DNA of 36,097 bases from the NCBI GenBank assembly GCA_047611885.1, contig JBLFWT010000001.1, forward strand, positions 1-36,097, read 5' to 3'. Every line of letters starts with the position of its first letter. Positions within the stretch are counted from its first letter, which is position 1. Shown in pieces: positions 1-8,918 of the stretch. The position numbers were made by a program, and so were the translations under genes. The DNA is from Candidatus Saccharimonadales bacterium. Lineage in GTDB: Bacteria > Patescibacteriota > Saccharimonadia > Saccharimonadales > SZUA-47. Below the pieces are notes generated by a model. It saw only the letters and a list, made by a program, of their open reading frames with translations, was not told the origin of the DNA and made no database searches.

Positions 1-1220
1 AAGGAAAACTATTCACTACAGAAATTGCAGCAGGAATAGATGCAGATGAGTCATTAGACAACATCAAGATAATGAGCGTATTGTCGGTACCGTCACTAAG
101 AGGTATACCTGTTAAGAGTTACGGAACAGATCCAGCTACAGGTAACCTAGTACAGCTTTACCACCCAGTAGGAGTTATTGCAGCACAAAGTATCGGTGAG
201 CCGGGTACACAGCTGACCCTACGTACATTCCACTCAGGTGGTACTGCCGGAGAAGACATCACTACTGGTCTACCGCGTGTAGAAGAGTTGTTCGAAGCTC
301 GTACTCCTAAGGGAAAAGCATTCCTATCAGAAGTTACTGGTACAGCAAAAGTTTGGGAAGAGGGCGAAACGTACATGCTACAGATCGACCCATCCGAGCA
401 AGAAGTACATGAACTTGATGCTAGCCGTAAAAACATACTAGTAGCAGCAGGCACAGAAGTACAGCGTGGCGATCTATTAGCTAGCAAAAAGGACGGCAGC
501 GATGCAATCACTGCTCCAGTAGCAGGTGTAATAGAGCTATCTGGCAAGACTATAATCCTTACTCCAGGTACCCAAGAAGCAGCTAAGTATGAGATCCCAG
601 GATTCAAACAGCTTACAGTAAAAGACGGCGACAGTATTGTAGCCGGAGACAGACTTACAAATGGTTCAATCAGCCTGCAAGAGCTCATGGCTCTATCAGG
701 CGTAGAAGCAACACAGCGCTACATCATGAACGAAGTCCTTCGTATCTTTGCAGGTCAGGGTCAGAACATTGCTGACAAGCACCTAGAAGTGATCGTACGA
801 CAGATGTTCTCTCGTGTTCAGATAGAAGAACCAGGCGATAGTGAATATGTAACTGGTGACATAGTAAGTAAGCAATCAGTACTTGAAGCTAACGACAAAC
901 TAGCTCCAGTTAAGGGTAAGAGCTTGGTACGCTACAACCAGCTACTGCTTGGTATTACAAAGGCCAGCCTTTCTACGGAGTCGTTCCTTAGTGCAGCGAG
1001 TTTCCAAGATACTACAAGAGTATTGATTGGCGCAGCGACTAGCGGTAAGGTTGACAATCTATTCGGACTAAAGGAAAACGTGATCCTAGGTCGTCTCATA
1101 CCAGTAGGTACCGGAGCTATAGTGGAAGAGCCTGAAGTTGAAGAAGTAATAGAGGTGGCTCCTGAAGAGTCAGAAGTGACTCAAGAAGAAGCTGTAGCAG
1201 AAGAAGTTGCAGCACAGTAA
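1..1220 (+). CDS. rpoC: DNA-directed RNA polymerase subunit beta-prime, C-terminal part (5' end lies outside the window)
   Basis: The frame is open from nt 3. The translation has beta-prime C-terminal hallmarks (GEPGTQLTLRTFHSGG, SFQDTTRVL, GLKENVILGRLIPVGTG) and an acidic tail. It is followed by rpsL-rpsG-fusA. Confidence 0.95.
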   Translation, partial: GKLFTTEIAAGIDADESLDNIKIMSVLSVPSLRGIPVKSYGTDPATGNLVQLYHPVGVIAAQSIGEPGTQLTLRTFHSGGTAGEDITTGLPRVEELFEARTPKGKAFLSEVTGTAKVWEEGETYMLQIDPSEQEVHELDASRKNILVAAGTEVQRGDLLASKKDGSDAITAPVAGVIELSGKTIILTPGTQEAAKYEIPGFKQLTVKDGDSIVAGDRLTNGSISLQELMALSGVEATQRYIMNEVLRIFAGQGQNIADKHLEVIVRQMFSRVQIEEPGDSEYVTGDIVSKQSVLEANDKLAPVKGKSLVRYNQLLLGITKASLSTESFLSAASFQDTTRVLIGAATSGKVDNLFGLKENVILGRLIPVGTGAIVEEPEVEEVIEVAPEESEVTQEEAVAEEVAAQ

Positions 1221-1372
1221 GTTACCTGTTAAAGTAAGTACATTAAATTAACTAAGTCCGAGCCGTTCAAGAAAAGCTTATGTAGGCATGCATAAGTAAC
1301 CAAAGCAGCATACTATGAGCTTTGCTCAATGTTGTACGGTACTTGATCGAAGCGGTAGACAAGGAATATTAA

Positions 1373-1786
1373 ATGCCAACGATCAATCAATTGGTGCGAA
1401 AGCCCCGAAAAACTGCAAAGGTGAAGACAAAATCACCAGCGCTACACAAGGTTGTTAACAACCTTAAGACTACTAACTACGAAAAGCCAGCGCCGCTAAA
1501 GCGTGGGGTTTGCGTTAAAGTAACTACTAAAACACCTAAAAAGCCTAACTCTGCGCTACGTAAAGTAGCACGTGTACGTCTAAACAACGGATATGAAGTA
1601 TGGGCATACATTGGCGGCGAAGGACATAACCTGCAGGAGCACGCTGTTGTTCTAATTCGTGGCGGTAGAGTAAAAGATCTTCCTGGTGTTCGATACCACA
1701 TCGTTAGAGGTTCTCTAGACCTTCAGGGTGTAGAGGGACGCAAAAATAGCCGTTCTAAGTACGGTACCAAGAAAGCAGGAAAATAG
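1373..1786 (+). CDS. rpsL: 30S ribosomal protein S12
   Basis: 137 aa with [15 protein letters not shown] and [13 protein letters not shown]. An AAGGA SD lies 8 nt upstream. Confidence 0.98.
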   Translation: MPTINQLVRKPRKTAKVKTKSPALHKVVNNLKTTNYEKPAPLKRGVCVKVTTKTPKKPNSALRKVARVRLNNGYEVWAYIGGEGHNLQEHAVVLIRGGRVKDLPGVRYHIVRGSLDLQGVEGRKNSRSKYGTKKAGK

Positions 1787-1788
1787 AC

Positions 1789-2265
1789 ATGCCACGAAAG
1801 ACCACAAAAGCCTTAGTACGACCTAAGCTTCCAGACCGCAGATACGAATCAGAGATGGTTCAAAGACTTATCAACCGCGTTATGCGCCATGGTAAAAAGC
1901 AGCTTGCAGAACGTATCGTTTACGATGCAATCGAAGAAGCAGCACGAATGGTTAAGAGCGATAGCCCTATCGAAGTATTCGACAAGGCCATGAAGAACGT
2001 TACACCATTTATGGAAACTCGCTCCAGACGTGTTGGTGGCGCAAACTACCAGATTCCTTTCGAAGTTAAGGGTCAAAGACAGAAGCACCTTACAATCATG
2101 TGGTTCTTGCAGGCTGCAAGAGCTAAAAAAGGCATGCCAATGTACAAGCGTATCGCTCAAGAACTAGTAGATGGTTATAACCAAACTGGTACGGCATTCA
2201 AGAAAAAAGAAGATACGCATAAAATGGCAGAATCTAACCGAGCCTTCGCTCACTTTGCACGTTAA
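1789..2265 (+). CDS. rpsG: 30S ribosomal protein S7
   Basis: 158 aa with RRVGGANYQIPFEV. It starts 2 nt after rpsL. Confidence 0.98.
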   Translation: MPRKTTKALVRPKLPDRRYESEMVQRLINRVMRHGKKQLAERIVYDAIEEAARMVKSDSPIEVFDKAMKNVTPFMETRSRRVGGANYQIPFEVKGQRQKHLTIMWFLQAARAKKGMPMYKRIAQELVDGYNQTGTAFKKKEDTHKMAESNRAFAHFAR

Positions 2266-2274
2266 TAATGCTGA

Positions 2275-2294
2275 ACGCGCATTGTCGCGTTTTT
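2275..2294 (+). terminator. Weak hairpin plus T-run after rpsG (possible attenuator)
   Basis: AACGCG (2275-2280) pairs with CGCGTT (2287-2292) and runs into TTTTT. It sits in a 162-nt rpsG-fusA spacer. Confidence 0.35.
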
Positions 2295-2427
2295 AGCTCC
2301 AGTACTCGTAAAGCAGTAGCTAGTACCTACAACTTTTCGAGTGCTTCACTGAGAATCACAACACTGCATCGATCAGACATAATAAACGCAGTAAAGTAAT
2401 AACTATAAAGAACATTGAAGGAACAAG

Positions 2428-4515
2428 ATGGCAGACAAGAAAACAGCAATGAAAGACATTAGAAATATCGGAATTATCGCGCATATTGACGCTGGTAAGA
2501 CTACAACTACTGAGGGTATTTTGTACCGTACAGGGCTAAACCACAAGATTGGTGCAGTTCATGATGGCGAAACTACTACTGACTGGATGGATCAGGAGCG
2601 TGAGCGTGGCATTACTATCGTGTCTGCTGCTGTAACTTGTTATTGGAAGGGTCACCAGATCAACATTATCGATACACCGGGTCACATCGACTTTACTGTA
2701 GAGGTTGAACGATCTCTACGCGTCCTAGACGGTGCTGTAGTGGTATTCGACGGTAAGATGGGTGTAGAATCACAATCTGAGACAGTATGGCGTCAGGCTG
2801 ACAAGTACTCAGTGCCTCGTATATGTTTCATTAACAAAATCAACCAAACTGGTGGAGACTTCTACAAGTCACTTGATACTATCCACGCACGTCTAACTAA
2901 GGCTGCATTCCCTATACATATTCCTATTGGCTTCGAACAAGAAATTAACGGAATTGTTGACCTAGTTTCAATGAAGTCGTATACATATAAAGATTTCATG
3001 GACTCAGAACTGGTTGTAGGCGAAATACCTGAAGATATGATGGAAAAAGTTAATCGTTACCGAAGCCTACTTATTGAAAACGCTGTTGCTGAAGATGAAG
3101 AAATGCTTGAGAAGTACCTAGAAGTAGGCGAAGAAGGCATGACCGAGGACGACGTACGTGAGGCTATACGGCGTGCGACTCTAGGCGGTAAATTCTACGC
3201 TGTAACTGGTGGAGATGGCCGTGGAGTTATAGTAGAAAAGGTGCTAGACCTAGTGAACGAACTAATGCCTAGCCCAGAAGATCGTGGATCAACATGGGGA
3301 ACAGATGCAAAGTCTGGTGATAAACTAGAGCGTAAGCCTACAGAAGCTGAGCCTATGTCAGGACTAGCGTTCAAGATCACTACCGACCCATTCGTAGGTA
3401 AGTTAGCATATTTCAGAGTTTACTCGGGTAAGCTAACAGCTGGTTCATACGTATTGAACAGTTCAACGGGTGTTAAAGAACGTATCGGACGTATCGTTCG
3501 AATGCAAGCTGACAAGCGTGAAGAAGTATCAGAAGTTACTGCCGGAGACATAGCAGCTATAGTAGGGCTAAAAGCGACTACAACAGGTCACACACTAAGT
3601 GACGTTGCTAATCCAATCGTTCTAGAAAGTATTACATTCCCAGATCCTCCAGTTAGTATCGCTATCGAACCAAAAACTAAGTCAGACCAAGAGAAAATGG
3701 CGATTGCGCTGCAACGTCTTGCAGAAGAAGACCCAACATTCATTGTTCGTACAGATCCTGAAACTAGCCAAACCATTCTAAGAGGAATGGGTGAGCTACA
3801 CCTAGAAATCTTAGTAGATAGAATGAAGCGAGAATTCCAGGTAGAAGCGAACATCGGTGCACCACAAGTTGCCTACCGTGAAACTATCCGTAAGGATGAC
3901 GTTGAAATCCAAGGTAAGTTCATCAAGCAGTCCGGTGGACGTGGTCAGTATGGTGACGTATGGCTTAGACTTTCTCAGAACGAAGCTGGTAAAGGCTTTG
4001 AATTCATCAACAAGATCAAGGGTGGATCAATCCCTCAAGAATACATTAAGCCTGTACAACAGGGTATTATTGAAGCTATGAGCAACGGTGTACTAGCTGG
4101 TTACCCAGTAGTAGACATCACAGCAGTTCTATACGACGGCTCATACCACGATGTTGACTCTAACGAAATGGCGTTTAAAGTAGCGGGATCAATGGCTCTA
4201 CAAGCTGGTGTACGCGCCGCTAAGCCAGTAATACTAGAACCAGTCATGAAAGTAGTAGTTGTAACTCCTGAAGAGTTTATGGGCGACGTCATAGGGGATC
4301 TGAACTCTAAGAGAGGTCGAATCGAATCTATGGAAGACCTATCTGCAGGAACCAAGGAGATTACCGGATTTGTCCCACTAGGTGAAATGTTCGGATACAC
4401 AACAAACCTACGTTCAAGCACTCAAGGTAGAGCTAGTTCTTCAATGGAACTAGACCACTATGCAGACGTACCAAGTCACGTAGCTGAAGCAATCATAGCC
4501 AAAAACGCCAAGTAG
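2428..4515 (+). CDS. fusA: Elongation factor G
   Basis: 695 aa with AHIDAGKTTTTE, DTPGHIDF and a full five-domain length. An AAGGAA SD lies upstream. Confidence 0.98.
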   Translation: MADKKTAMKDIRNIGIIAHIDAGKTTTTEGILYRTGLNHKIGAVHDGETTTDWMDQERERGITIVSAAVTCYWKGHQINIIDTPGHIDFTVEVERSLRVLDGAVVVFDGKMGVESQSETVWRQADKYSVPRICFINKINQTGGDFYKSLDTIHARLTKAAFPIHIPIGFEQEINGIVDLVSMKSYTYKDFMDSELVVGEIPEDMMEKVNRYRSLLIENAVAEDEEMLEKYLEVGEEGMTEDDVREAIRRATLGGKFYAVTGGDGRGVIVEKVLDLVNELMPSPEDRGSTWGTDAKSGDKLERKPTEAEPMSGLAFKITTDPFVGKLAYFRVYSGKLTAGSYVLNSSTGVKERIGRIVRMQADKREEVSEVTAGDIAAIVGLKATTTGHTLSDVANPIVLESITFPDPPVSIAIEPKTKSDQEKMAIALQRLAEEDPTFIVRTDPETSQTILRGMGELHLEILVDRMKREFQVEANIGAPQVAYRETIRKDDVEIQGKFIKQSGGRGQYGDVWLRLSQNEAGKGFEFINKIKGGSIPQEYIKPVQQGIIEAMSNGVLAGYPVVDITAVLYDGSYHDVDSNEMAFKVAGSMALQAGVRAAKPVILEPVMKVVVVTPEEFMGDVIGDLNSKRGRIESMEDLSAGTKEITGFVPLGEMFGYTTNLRSSTQGRASSSMELDHYADVPSHVAEAIIAKNAK

Positions 4516-4527
4516 ATCTAAGTAAAA

Positions 4528-5079
4528 ATGCTAGACATATGCCGTGTCCAGAGGGTAGGAATCTCGGATTTAGTACCAGAGCATCTTCGGGTGATTAGCG
4601 AGATAGGATTTCTAGAAGTTCATCACGAAGGTTACAAAGGTTCTGTACCGCAGGCTTTAACGGAAGCTTTAGTGGCTGATCAACAAGACATCATGAAACT
4701 CAGAGAAGGTGACTACTACAGAAATGCTCCGTCCGATTGGCACACGGATGGAGGAAACGAGTGTACTGTAAATATTCATGAAACTAAATCAGGCATCAGT
4801 ATTGTCTTGCTTGCAGTAGCTGTAGACCCGATCATGACCCAAGCAAAATACGCAGACCTAACCTTCACGGACATTATGGCGCGCGCCGAAGAGTTGACCA
4901 GGAGTGGCCAAATAGTTCCTGGATTATCTCTAGGCTTCTCAAGAAGAAACTCTACGCTGCTTTGGAGACAACAACGAAGCGAAGAAGAACCAGCCGACAT
5001 AGCACATGCAGTAACACAAGGAAAAAAGCCAAGGCACTCAGTTATCAGTGAACTAGTTCTAAAAGAATGGCCTAGCTAG
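4528..5079 (+). CDS. Hypothetical protein, candidate small 2OG-Fe(II) oxygenase (P4H-like double-stranded beta-helix)
   Basis: 183-aa ORF starting 13 nt after fusA with no obvious SD. It has W71-H72-T73-D74 (HxD), a hydrophobic strand ISIVLLAVA, IVPGLSLGF...STLLW, then H160 and R169 nine residues later (AHAVTQGKKPRHSVI). That order matches the HxD...H...R pattern of prolyl-hydroxylase-like oxygenases. The function is recognised by eye only. Confidence 0.5.
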   Translation: MLDICRVQRVGISDLVPEHLRVISEIGFLEVHHEGYKGSVPQALTEALVADQQDIMKLREGDYYRNAPSDWHTDGGNECTVNIHETKSGISIVLLAVAVDPIMTQAKYADLTFTDIMARAEELTRSGQIVPGLSLGFSRRNSTLLWRQQRSEEEPADIAHAVTQGKKPRHSVISELVLKEWPS

Positions 5080-5111
5080 CAGCTACAATTACTAAAGCTA
5101 TACATTTACAC

Positions 5112-5140
5112 TTGATGAGACAGAACAAATAGAATATAAT
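5112..5140 (+). promoter_or_regulatory. Sigma-70-type promoter for tuf
   Basis: TTGATG, a 17-nt spacer, then TATAAT, in an AT-rich 250-nt spacer. It implies a 5' UTR of about 180 nt. Confidence 0.6.
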
Positions 5141-5329
5141 CATAGTTGTATCTCGCGTGAGGGCTTTTGCTATGTATGTCAAATTACGAACTGCAAATAT
5201 GGATCGCGATAAACAATATATAATTCATTAAACCCTTAAAAAGTGACTAGCAATCACACAAAATAAGTAGCATTTGAGGATATTCTATCTACAAATAGTT
5301 ACTAAAATTTCGGAAAGGAAATTTTTAAT

Positions 5330-6514
5330 ATGGCAGATTTTGACAGAAGCAAACCGCACGTCAACGTCGGAACTATGGGGCACGTTGACCATGGTAAGAC
5401 AACATTAACAGCAGCTATTACAGCTGTACTATCAAAGAAGCTTCCAAGTGATGTAAACAAATCAGTAAACTACGACGAGATCGACAACGCTCCAGAAGAA
5501 AAAGCACGTGGTATAACCATTGCTACTTCTCATCAAGAGTACGAATCAGAACTACGTCACTACGCACACGTTGACATGCCAGGACACGCGGACTATGTTA
5601 AAAACATGATCACAGGTGCTGCACAGGTTGATGGTGCTGTATTGGTTGTATCTGCAGCTGATGGCCCTATGCCACAGACACGTGAGCACGTTCTACTTGC
5701 TAAGCAAGTTGGTGTTCCAAAAATCGTTGTATTCCTTAACAAAATGGATATGGCTGATGAAGAACTAGTTGAACTAGTTGAAATGGATGTACGTGAACTA
5801 CTTTCTAAGTACGACTACGATGGTGATAACGCTCCGATTATCAAGGGCTCAGCTCTAAAGGCAATCGAAGGCGACCCAGCATATGAAGACGCAGTAATGG
5901 AACTAGTTAAGGCTATGGACGAGTATATCGAAGAGCCAAAGCGTGAGCTAGACAAAGACTTCCTAATGCCAGTTGAAGACGTTTTCTCTATCAAGGGGCG
6001 TGGAACTGTAGCTACAGGGCGTATTGAATCAGGTGTTGTTAACGTAAACGACGAAATCGAAATCGTTGGTATCAGAGACACTCAAAAATCAGTTGTAACA
6101 GGTATTGAAGCATTCAAGAAATCTCTTGACCGTGGACAAGCTGGTGATAATGCAGGAATTCTACTACGTGGAATTGAGCGCGATGACATCGAACGTGGAC
6201 AGGTATTGGCTAAGCCAGGAACTGTTAACCCACACACAGAGTTTGACGCAGAAGTGTATATCCTTACAAAAGAAGAAGGTGGACGACACACTCCTTTCTT
6301 CAAGGGTTACAAGCCACAGTTTTACTTCCGTACTACGGATGTAACAGGTGAAGTAGAACTTCCAGCTGACAAAGAAATGGTTATGCCAGGTGACACAATC
6401 ACTTTCAAGGTGACATTGCAGTCTGCGATCGCTATGGATCAAGGTCTACGTTTTGCTATCCGTGAAGGTGGACGCACAGTTGGTGCAGGTGTTGTTACTA
6501 AAATTACTAAATAG
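5330..6514 (+). CDS. tuf: Elongation factor Tu
   Basis: 394 aa with [25 protein letters not shown] and switch-[26 protein letters not shown] lies upstream. Confidence 0.98.
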   Translation: MADFDRSKPHVNVGTMGHVDHGKTTLTAAITAVLSKKLPSDVNKSVNYDEIDNAPEEKARGITIATSHQEYESELRHYAHVDMPGHADYVKNMITGAAQVDGAVLVVSAADGPMPQTREHVLLAKQVGVPKIVVFLNKMDMADEELVELVEMDVRELLSKYDYDGDNAPIIKGSALKAIEGDPAYEDAVMELVKAMDEYIEEPKRELDKDFLMPVEDVFSIKGRGTVATGRIESGVVNVNDEIEIVGIRDTQKSVVTGIEAFKKSLDRGQAGDNAGILLRGIERDDIERGQVLAKPGTVNPHTEFDAEVYILTKEEGGRHTPFFKGYKPQFYFRTTDVTGEVELPADKEMVMPGDTITFKVTLQSAIAMDQGLRFAIREGGRTVGAGVVTKITK

Positions 6515-6541
6515 TAATTAACTAACTCCTACTAATCACTA

Positions 6542-6570
6542 AGAGAGTCGAGCAATCGACTCTCTTTTTA
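6542..6570 (+). terminator. Rho-independent terminator after tuf
   Basis: A perfect 10-bp stem, AGAGAGTCGA / TCGACTCTCT, with loop GCAA, followed by TTTT. Confidence 0.85.
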
Positions 6571-6586
6571 ATTCTGTTGATCATTG

Positions 6587-6595
6587 TGGTATAGT
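6587..6595 (+). promoter_or_regulatory. Extended -10 promoter (TGgTATAGT) for rpsJ
   Basis: A TGn-TATAGT motif lies directly downstream of the tuf terminator and about 110 nt upstream of rpsJ. Confidence 0.45.
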
Positions 6596-6703
6596 ATATT
6601 TATCAACAAATTTAAATCGTAATGAATAAAAGTTCTACTGTTAGCCAATCGTAGAATGTTACATTACTCCAGAAATATCTGGAACTCATAAAGGAGTACA
6701 CTA

Positions 6704-7048
6704 ATGGCAGATACTAAAAAAGCAGCAGCACCAAAGAAAGATCAGAAACAGCGTATACGTATACGTCTAAAGGCATATGACCACAAGGTTATTGACCAGT
6801 CTTCTAAACAGATCGTAGACACGGCACTGCGTACCGGAGCTAAAATAGCAGGGCCAATCCCCCTTCCAACTCGTAAGACTACATACACAGTAGTTAAGAG
6901 TCCTCACGTATTCAAAAAAGGGCGCGAACAGTTCGAGATGCGAGTACACAAACGTCTTATAGACGTTCTAGAGCCGACACCTAAGACTATAGATAGTCTT
7001 ATGAACCTGTCTCTACCTGCAGGTTGCGACGCCGAAATCAAAATGTAG
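6704..7048 (+). CDS. rpsJ: 30S ribosomal protein S10
   Basis: 114 aa with [16 protein letters not shown]. An AAGGAG SD lies upstream. Confidence 0.97.
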   Translation: MADTKKAAAPKKDQKQRIRIRLKAYDHKVIDQSSKQIVDTALRTGAKIAGPIPLPTRKTTYTVVKSPHVFKKGREQFEMRVHKRLIDVLEPTPKTIDSLMNLSLPAGCDAEIKM

Positions 7049-7117
7049 TACGCTGTCCAGCAGAGGTATCTAGTATTTAGAAGTTCGTATTTAGTATAAG
7101 AACAACAGCCGCATCAC

Positions 7118-7150
7118 AAAAAAAACTACTGGAAAGTCCAGTAGTTTTTT
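7118..7150. terminator. Bidirectional rho-independent terminator after rpsJ
   Basis: An A-run, a 10-bp stem AACTACTGGA / TCCAGTAGTT, then TTTTTT. Confidence 0.85.
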
Positions 7151-7170
7151 AGATTGTACTTGTGTAGAAT

Positions 7171-7509
7171 ATGCTTATGGCTAAAAAAACACGCAAAACT
7201 AATCTATCCAAGTCCAAGAAGACTTCTAAGGCCAAGAGACCTGCGAAAAAGATAGCTTCTATAATCGGTATAGAACCGGATTCGGTATTTTTTTTAAAGA
7301 TAGTCATTTTCCTTATCCTAGGAACGCAGTGGATATATATTGAATCGCTACCTAATTGGCAAGCACCCATTCCAGTAGGACTAATCCTGGGTCTAGTTTT
7401 CGCAACTCACGAGCATTTCCAAATAGACAGAAAAATAGAATATGCAGTACTATTAGTCGCAACATTCATAGCTTTCTGGCTACCAATCGGTATAACTATC
7501 TCGGTTTAG
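7171..7509 (+). CDS. Hypothetical small membrane protein (basic N-terminus, about 3 TM helices)
   Basis: 112-aa ORF with a K/R-rich N-terminus (AKKTRKTNLSKSKKTSKAKRPAKK) followed by three hydrophobic segments. The likelier start is the ATG at 7177, which lies 6 nt after a TAGAAT -10 box (7165-7170) and so may be leaderless. I recognise no family. Confidence 0.55.
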   Translation: MLMAKKTRKTNLSKSKKTSKAKRPAKKIASIIGIEPDSVFFLKIVIFLILGTQWIYIESLPNWQAPIPVGLILGLVFATHEHFQIDRKIEYAVLLVATFIAFWLPIGITISV

Positions 7510-7545
7510 CTTTGTAGTAATTGCTTAACATGCTAATATCCGTCT

Positions 7546-8097
7546 ATGGATAAATTGAATAAATCTATGATCACAGAACCTGGATTCCACGGTGCAAAAA
7601 GGTTCATACCCAGTGCGCTGATTATTACATTCGTAGCAATAGGAACATTTTTTATACCTGAAGCAGATGATACTACTGTAGCTAATCGGCAAATGACAGA
7701 AGATCAGGCAGATAATGAGCTGCATTGGCAGCATGTGCATGCTATTAGAACACAGTCAAGTATAGAGGGGGCGTATAAAATGCAATTTATGTCTTCAATA
7801 TATACCGATCCTATAGAAGTTGTGGATGAACATGATGGTAGTTATATTCGAACCATAAGTCAGGTATCTCAACCATGTTTGTTGAATGAGTATAATATCG
7901 ATTCCCCAGAAGTGAACATACATGAATCTCCAAGCGGTGATCAGGCTAGAATAGTAAGCTCTATAGGGGAGCCAACACTAAATTTTGAGTTGTTAGCTGG
8001 AATATTTGTAGCCATTGACGAAGTGACTGAACGTACACTGAAGCGCAACTTATGCAACAATGATTTAGGGAGCACAGCATTAGCATTAGCCGAGTAG
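7546..8097 (+). CDS. Hypothetical membrane-anchored protein (one N-terminal TM helix plus a soluble domain)
   Basis: 183-aa ORF with TM segment IPSALIITFVAIGTFFI. The C-terminal VNIHESPSGDQARIVSSIGEP stretch faintly resembles a bacterial SH3 strand pattern. There is no SD and I recognise no family. Confidence 0.5.
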   Translation: MDKLNKSMITEPGFHGAKRFIPSALIITFVAIGTFFIPEADDTTVANRQMTEDQADNELHWQHVHAIRTQSSIEGAYKMQFMSSIYTDPIEVVDEHDGSYIRTISQVSQPCLLNEYNIDSPEVNIHESPSGDQARIVSSIGEPTLNFELLAGIFVAIDEVTERTLKRNLCNNDLGSTALALAE

Positions 8098-8119
8098 TCA
8101 TTGTAGAATTGTCTACATG

Positions 8120-8149
8120 TTGACTTCTTAGAGCAACTCGTGCTAAGAT
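8120..8149 (+). promoter_or_regulatory. Promoter for the rplC...rplO unit
   Basis: TTGACT, an 18-nt spacer, then TGcTAAGAT (a -35 box plus an extended -10). Confidence 0.5.
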
Positions 8150-8164
8150 GTAAGTCAATCGCTT

Positions 8165-8222
8165 ATCTTGGTGAATTTGTAAGTCCCGTAACAGGGATAC
8201 TACATATCACCGAGATTTTTTA
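8165..8222 (+). promoter_or_regulatory. Leader hairpin plus U-run upstream of rplC (candidate L4-type attenuator)
   Basis: A long imperfect hairpin with base ATCTTGGTGA / TCACCGAGAT and apex GTCCC-GTAACA-GGGAT is followed immediately by TTTTTTAT. It lies 75 nt before the rplC ATG. Confidence 0.4.
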
Positions 8223-8297
8223 TGTCAAAGACATACCCGCGATATCGATATCACAAAATTAAACGAAAGGTTCAGGGCGAAAGTCCGGAATATCACT

Positions 8298-8918
8298 ATG
8301 AAAGCACTCATCACGAGAAAACTCGGCATGACTAGTACCATCTTAGAAGACGGTACAGTTGAAGCCGTAACACTGCTTTCCGCTAGTCCTTGTGTAATCA
8401 CACAAGTCAAAGACACTGATACAGATGGCTATAAGGCTGTCCAGGTAGGATTTGAAGAGGCTAAGCGGGTAAATAAGCCACAAGTAAATCACTTCAAGGA
8501 CTCAAAGGCACTCCCAAGAGTCGTACGAGAATTCAGAACAGAATCAATCGATCTACCAGAAGACCTCACTGTCGGCAGCAAGCTTACAGCAGAGGTTTTT
8601 TCAATTGGTGACGTTGTAGACGTAGTTGGAACAAGCAAAGGTAAGGGCTTCGCTGGTACTATCAAGCGACACAACTTCCATAGACAACGTGAGACGCACG
8701 GTGGAAATGGTGCTACAAGAAAGCCAGGTTCAATCGGATCTATGTACCCACAGAAAATTTTCAAGGGCAAGAAGATGGCCGGACGTATGGGTGCAGACAG
8801 AGTTACAGTTAAGAACCTAAAGATCGCGATTGTAGACGCTGAAAAAGGAATTATCGCAGTTACAGGCGCTGTTCCAGGGCCTCGCAAAAGCATCGTTCTA
8901 GTGAAGGGAGTCCTATAA
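8298..8918 (+). CDS. rplC: 50S ribosomal protein L3
   Basis: 206 aa with KGKGFAGTIKRHNF. Confidence 0.97.
   Translation: MKALITRKLGMTSTILEDGTVEAVTLLSASPCVITQVKDTDTDGYKAVQVGFEEAKRVNKPQVNHFKDSKALPRVVREFRTESIDLPEDLTVGSKLTAEVFSIGDVVDVVGTSKGKGFAGTIKRHNFHRQRETHGGNGATRKPGSIGSMYPQKIFKGKKMAGRMGADRVTVKNLKIAIVDAEKGIIAVTGAVPGPRKSIVLVKGVL

Noticed and set aside
158-688. Long antisense ORFs inside conserved genes, for example 158-688, 8489-9010, 13912-14358, 15182-15748, 19493-19891, 22777-23148 and 34871-35275.
   Set aside because: Each lies entirely opposite a confidently identified conserved gene. They have low-complexity or Ser/Cys/Leu-rich translations, no SD and no recognisable motifs, which is typical of shadow ORFs.
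7525-7740. The Cys-rich 71-aa minus-strand ORF overlapping the start of the ORF at 7546-8097.
   Set aside because: It has no SD or promoter and would be transcribed against the flow of the whole block. Its Cys/Ile/Phe richness is what an AT-rich antisense frame produces.
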